A stretch of DNA of 64,000 bases from an uncultured Acidimicrobiales bacterium (GTDB lineage: Bacteria > Actinomycetota > Acidimicrobiia > Acidimicrobiales > SZUA-35): NCBI GenBank assembly GCA_938009905.1, contig CALLGK010000027.1, positions 17,426-81,425 on the forward strand, given 5' to 3'. This document shows positions 60,783-64,000 of this stretch, in pieces (the first letter of the stretch is position 1; every line of letters starts with the position of its first letter). Made by a program: the position numbers and the translations under genes. The notes under the pieces were generated by a model that saw nothing but the letters and a program-made list of their open reading frames with translations, was not told the DNA's origin and made no database searches.

Positions 60783-61997
60783 TCAGTCGAGCTCGCTTGG
60801 CTCGTTTTCGAAGGCCCGCCACAGCATCATCGTGCCGACGAGGTGGAGAAGCCCGGCCACCACGAACGACGTTCGAATCGACCACACCTCGGCGACCCCG
60901 CCGATGAGTAGGGCACCAATCACGAACGAGGTGCGGGTGATGGTGCGAGAGGCAACGGCGGCCCGACCCAGGAGATCAGCTGGCGTGTGGCGTTGCACAA
61001 AGCCTCGGCTGATCGCCAACCACGCTGCGGCCGCTCCCCCGTTGATCGTCCACAGCACGATGAGTTGCCACGATGTCTGCACGGCTGCGCTCGCGAGCAC
61101 GCTCACGGTGGCGGCCAGCGCAGCACCAACGACAACCGTTCGTCGTGAGAACCGGGTCGACAAGGGTGCGGCAACAATGCTGGCCGCTGTTGCCCCAACG
61201 GCCGAGGCCGCGAGCAGCAAACCGAACACGATGTCGCGAGCCATCAGCTCGATGCCAAGCAGCAGCACCAATTGGCCAAACGCTCCAGCCGTGCCGAGGT
61301 GAAACACCGCGGTCGCCGCAGTGATCGGTCGAAGAAACGCATGGTCTCGAATCCAGCGAAGGCCGGCGCCCATCTCGGCTCGGATCGATCCGGATGAACC
61401 CTGCTTGGGTTCGTTGGCTGGCAGACGACTGAACGGACCGACGGACAAGGCGTAGGTGGCTGCGTCGATCACAAAGGGCAGCCAGGGCAGGAAGGCAAAC
61501 GCAAAGGCGCCAAGCGGTCGGCCGGCGAAGTCGTTGGTGACGGTTTCGACCGTGGTGAGGCGACCATTGCCCCGGTCAAGATTTCGTTGGCTCACCAACC
61601 GGGGAACGGTGGCAACGACCGATGGGTCGACAAGAATCTCGCCGGCCGTGATCACGTATGCCACCACCATCAGGTGCCAGATCTCGGCTACCTCCGTGGC
61701 AACAGCAACGCCGAGTGCCAGCATCACCACGGCCCGCCAACTCTGCGTGATCATGATGAGGCGTCGGCGATCTGCTCGGTCGACAACGACGCCGCCGAAG
61801 GGCGCGAACGTGGTCCACGGCAAGTACTGGGCAGCCGTGATCACACCGATCAGCCACGGTGATGAGGTCAGCGATTTCGCGAGCAGAGGAAAGGCCGCGA
61901 GTCGTATGCCATCGCCAAGATTGCTGATGAAGCTCGCGGTGAGGAGGGCCGAAAACTCAGGACCGAGTGATCCTTCTGAGGCCTCATCTCGTCCCAT
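60783..61997 (-). CDS. MFS transporter
   Basis: 404 aa, ~12 TM helices, ...FISNLGDGIRLAAFPLLA..., ...GGVVVDRADRRRL loop 2-3 motif. Confidence 0.8.
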   Translation of the reverse strand: MGRDEASEGSLGPEFSALLTASFISNLGDGIRLAAFPLLAKSLTSSPWLIGVITAAQYLPWTTFAPFGGVVVDRADRRRLIMITQSWRAVVMLALGVAVATEVAEIWHLMVVAYVITAGEILVDPSVVATVPRLVSQRNLDRGNGRLTTVETVTNDFAGRPLGAFAFAFLPWLPFVIDAATYALSVGPFSRLPANEPKQGSSGSIRAEMGAGLRWIRDHAFLRPITAATAVFHLGTAGAFGQLVLLLGIELMARDIVFGLLLAASAVGATAASIVAAPLSTRFSRRTVVVGAALAATVSVLASAAVQTSWQLIVLWTINGGAAAAWLAISRGFVQRHTPADLLGRAAVASRTITRTSFVIGALLIGGVAEVWSIRTSFVVAGLLHLVGTMMLWRAFENEPSELD

Positions 61998-62119
61998 CGG
62001 CGCCCAGTATCGCCCGCCGCTGGCCCGCGTACCCGGAGAGGTCTCTTCTCTGCGCCGGCACTAGTGTCAGAGTCTTGGTGCACAGCGGATGGTTCTTTCA
62101 GGAGGTTTCCCACGCCCCC

Positions 62120-62734
62120 ATGACGTTCAGCGATCTGCTGGACCGTCCCGGCGTGGTCGAAACACTGGATCTGCGCCGTCGAATCGGCTTCTGTGCGTTT
62201 CACGGCGGCAACCTCGAGCGCTACACCGACCAAATCGCCGCGGAAGCAGCTGAGCAGTCAGGCGCCTCCTTCTACGGAGTGCTGCAACCAACCGGTATGC
62301 GTCAGCACATTCCGTCCACCAAGGTCGATCCGGCCGAGTCTGAGAAGCTGGCCGCCTTCATCGACCACTGCGATGTGGTGATCGCGGTGCATGGCTACGG
62401 CCTTCGTGGCCGCTGGACCGATCTGCTCTTCGGCGGTACCAACCGTGAGCTCGCCACTCACACGGCCTGGCACGTTCGCCGAGCGCTCCCCCAGTACAAG
62501 ATCGTTGACGATCTCGACGGGATTCCCAAGGGGCTGAAAGGGCAGCATCCAAAGAACCCGTGCAACCTGCCCCGCAACGGTGGTCTGCAGATCGAGTTGC
62601 CGCCTCGTGTGCGGGGCCTCACGCCGATGGCCCGGCACTGGCCGGGCCACGATCCGAAGCGTCGCCGCTTCGCCCACATCGGACACCTGATCGAAGGTCT
62701 CGCGGCTGCCGCAAGTTCGTGGCCCGACAGTTAG
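62120..62734 (+). CDS. Poly-gamma-glutamate hydrolase family (DUF867) protein
   Basis: ...GFCAFHGGNLERYTDQIA..., ...VVIAVHGY..., ...GGLQIELP pattern of PghP-like zinc hydrolases; start ATG 62120. Confidence 0.6.
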   Translation: MTFSDLLDRPGVVETLDLRRRIGFCAFHGGNLERYTDQIAAEAAEQSGASFYGVLQPTGMRQHIPSTKVDPAESEKLAAFIDHCDVVIAVHGYGLRGRWTDLLFGGTNRELATHTAWHVRRALPQYKIVDDLDGIPKGLKGQHPKNPCNLPRNGGLQIELPPRVRGLTPMARHWPGHDPKRRRFAHIGHLIEGLAAAASSWPDS

Positions 62735-62744
62735 TCTCGGGTTC

Positions 62745-63668
62745 GTGCAGTACCGAATCTTCACCGAACCACAGCAGGGCGCTAGCTACGACACATTGCT
62801 GAGCGTGGCCCAGGCCGCAGAACAGCACGGCTACGACGGCTTCTTCCGCTCAGACCACTACCTCGTGATGGGTGATGGCGATGGCTTGCCCGGGCCAACC
62901 CATGCCTGGCTGACGCTTGCCGCGCTGGCTCGCGAGACGTCCACGATCCGTCTTGGCACCTTGGTGAGCCCGATCACGTTCCACCACCCAGGCCAGCTCG
63001 CCATTGCGGTCGCTCAGGCCGACCAGATGAGCGGGGGGCGGATCGACTTCGGTATTGGTGCCGGTTGGTATGAAGCCGAGCACACCGCCTACGGCATTCC
63101 GTTCTTCGACATGGGCGAGCGCATGAGCCGCCTCGAAGAAGGGGTCGAGCAAATCGTCGGTCTATGGACCACGCCCGAAGGCGAGACGTTCTCCCACGAT
63201 GGTCAGTTCCACTCGATCACCAATTCGCCGGCGCTTCCGAAACCGGCGCAGGGTCCGCACCCGCCGATCATCATTGGTGGCCGTGGCAAGAAGCGCACAC
63301 CTGCGCTTGCCGCTCGGTACTGCTCAGATTTCAACGTGCCGTTTACCGACGCAGACGAGATGGTCGAGATCATGGATCGGGTGAAGGCCGCGTGTGTTGC
63401 CATCGATCGAGACCCGGCCGAGATCACCTTCTCTGCCGCCCAGATCTTGTGCGTCGGTGCAGACGAGGCCGAGGTTGAGCGACGGGCCGCATCGATTGGT
63501 CGTGAGGCCGCTGAGCTTCGCGAGAACGGCATGGCCGGGCTACCAGATGAGGTGCGAGCAAAGGCCGAGGGCTTCGCTGCTATCGGCGTCGATCGCCTCT
63601 ACCTGCAGATCCTCGACCTCGACGATCTCGAACACATCGCCCTCGGCGCCGAAACGCTGATTGCCTAG
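62745..63668 (+). CDS. Luciferase-like (LLM class) F420-dependent oxidoreductase
   Basis: MQYRIFTEPQQGASYDTLLSVAQAAEQHGYDGFFRSDHY...GRIDFGIGAGW typical of the F420-dependent LLM subfamily; GTG start. Confidence 0.85.
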   Translation: MQYRIFTEPQQGASYDTLLSVAQAAEQHGYDGFFRSDHYLVMGDGDGLPGPTHAWLTLAALARETSTIRLGTLVSPITFHHPGQLAIAVAQADQMSGGRIDFGIGAGWYEAEHTAYGIPFFDMGERMSRLEEGVEQIVGLWTTPEGETFSHDGQFHSITNSPALPKPAQGPHPPIIIGGRGKKRTPALAARYCSDFNVPFTDADEMVEIMDRVKAACVAIDRDPAEITFSAAQILCVGADEAEVERRAASIGREAAELRENGMAGLPDEVRAKAEGFAAIGVDRLYLQILDLDDLEHIALGAETLIA

Positions 63669-64000
63669 CCCCAGCGGAAGAGCTTGGCTCCGACGAGCGG
63701 AGCAGCGACGGCCCAGGCCGCGAGGCAGACCCACGCCCAGGCTGGTCCGGCTGATCCGCTGAGCGTTTCTCGGAACAGTTCAGCTAACGCTGTCGACGGC
63801 AGCACTTTCACGATCGCGGCCAGGAATCCGGGCAGGCGATCGAGCTCGAACACGAGACCGCTCAGCAACAGCATCACGACGTAGAGAGCGTTGGCCACGG
63901 CCAGCGCGGCAAGCCCGTCGACCACACCGGTGAGCGCAAAGGCCAAGCCCACAAAGGCAATGAGTCCGAGCACGATCGCCGGAATCAGCAAAGGCGAAAC
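63665..64000 (-). CDS. ABC-2-type transporter permease, C-terminal part (5' end beyond window)
   Basis: Hydrophobic C-terminus ...NALYVVMLLLSGLVFELDRLPGFLAAIVKVLPSTALAELFR... typical ABC-2 permease; ORF open to window edge. Confidence 0.6.
   Translation of the reverse strand, partial: VSPLLIPAIVLGLIAFVGLAFALTGVVDGLAALAVANALYVVMLLLSGLVFELDRLPGFLAAIVKVLPSTALAELFRETLSGSAGPAWAWVCLAAWAVAAPLVGAKLFRWG

Overview
High-GC, almost fully coding chromosomal window of actinobacterial type. Markers: whiB, rex, mshA, an F420-type LLM oxidoreductase, an LAxTG sorting signal, GTG/TTG starts and many 1-nt or 4-nt start/stop overlaps. The class (perhaps Acidimicrobiia-like) is only an inference.

**Layout**
- **1-19.2 kb (minus):** one unbroken co-directional block of 20 genes. 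It encodes a non-canonical bc-type complex: unknown 159-aa membrane protein, 2x[4Fe-4S] ferredoxin, cytochrome b6-like, subunit-IV-like, Rieske, 507-aa dihaem cytochrome c, unknown 317-aa membrane protein. This runs straight into nuoA-nuoM (nuoM is cut by the window edge). A near-consensus Rex operator lies just upstream of the block.
- **19.7-23 kb (plus):** a membrane-anchored monohaem cytochrome c and a secreted Zn-metalloprotease with four DUF4214-like repeats.
- **23.1-37.8 kb (minus):** haem biosynthesis cluster rex-hemA-hemC-hemD ... hemB-ydbS/ydbT-like-hemL. It is interrupted between hemD and hemB by a ~6 kb gene for a ~1990-aa sortase-type (LAFTG) surface protein with four ~470-480 bp tandem coding repeats.
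- **37.9-49 kb:** acyl-CoA ligase, CAP-domain protein, SAM hydrolase (DUF62), proC, a triple ~80-bp hairpin repeat, YbjN-like, mshA, XRE regulator, RsiG-like protein with two c-di-GMP-type motifs, MoaD, phosphatase, DUF45 peptidase, lipoprotein.
- **49.1-64 kb:** tRNA-Lys(UUU), a small protein plus two tandem lipoprotein glutaminyl cyclases, a hydrolase, two tandem flavodoxin-like reductases, acyl-ACP desaturase, ATP-dependent DNA ligase, dut, orn, thioesterase, a WhiB7-like gene with a long structured leader, resA/ccdA, MFS, PghP-like, LLM oxidoreductase, and an ABC-2 permease fragment.

**Most interesting observations**
- the bc-type/ferredoxin/complex I mega-block;
- a short peptide motif, IPxHLLxRSxxAK, present four times in three otherwise unrelated proteins;
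- a ~170-aa helical insertion in NuoL;
- the RsiG-like double c-di-GMP motif;
- the ~80-bp hairpin repeat family;
- the WhiB7-like leader.

No CRISPR array, transposase, integrase or rRNA was seen.
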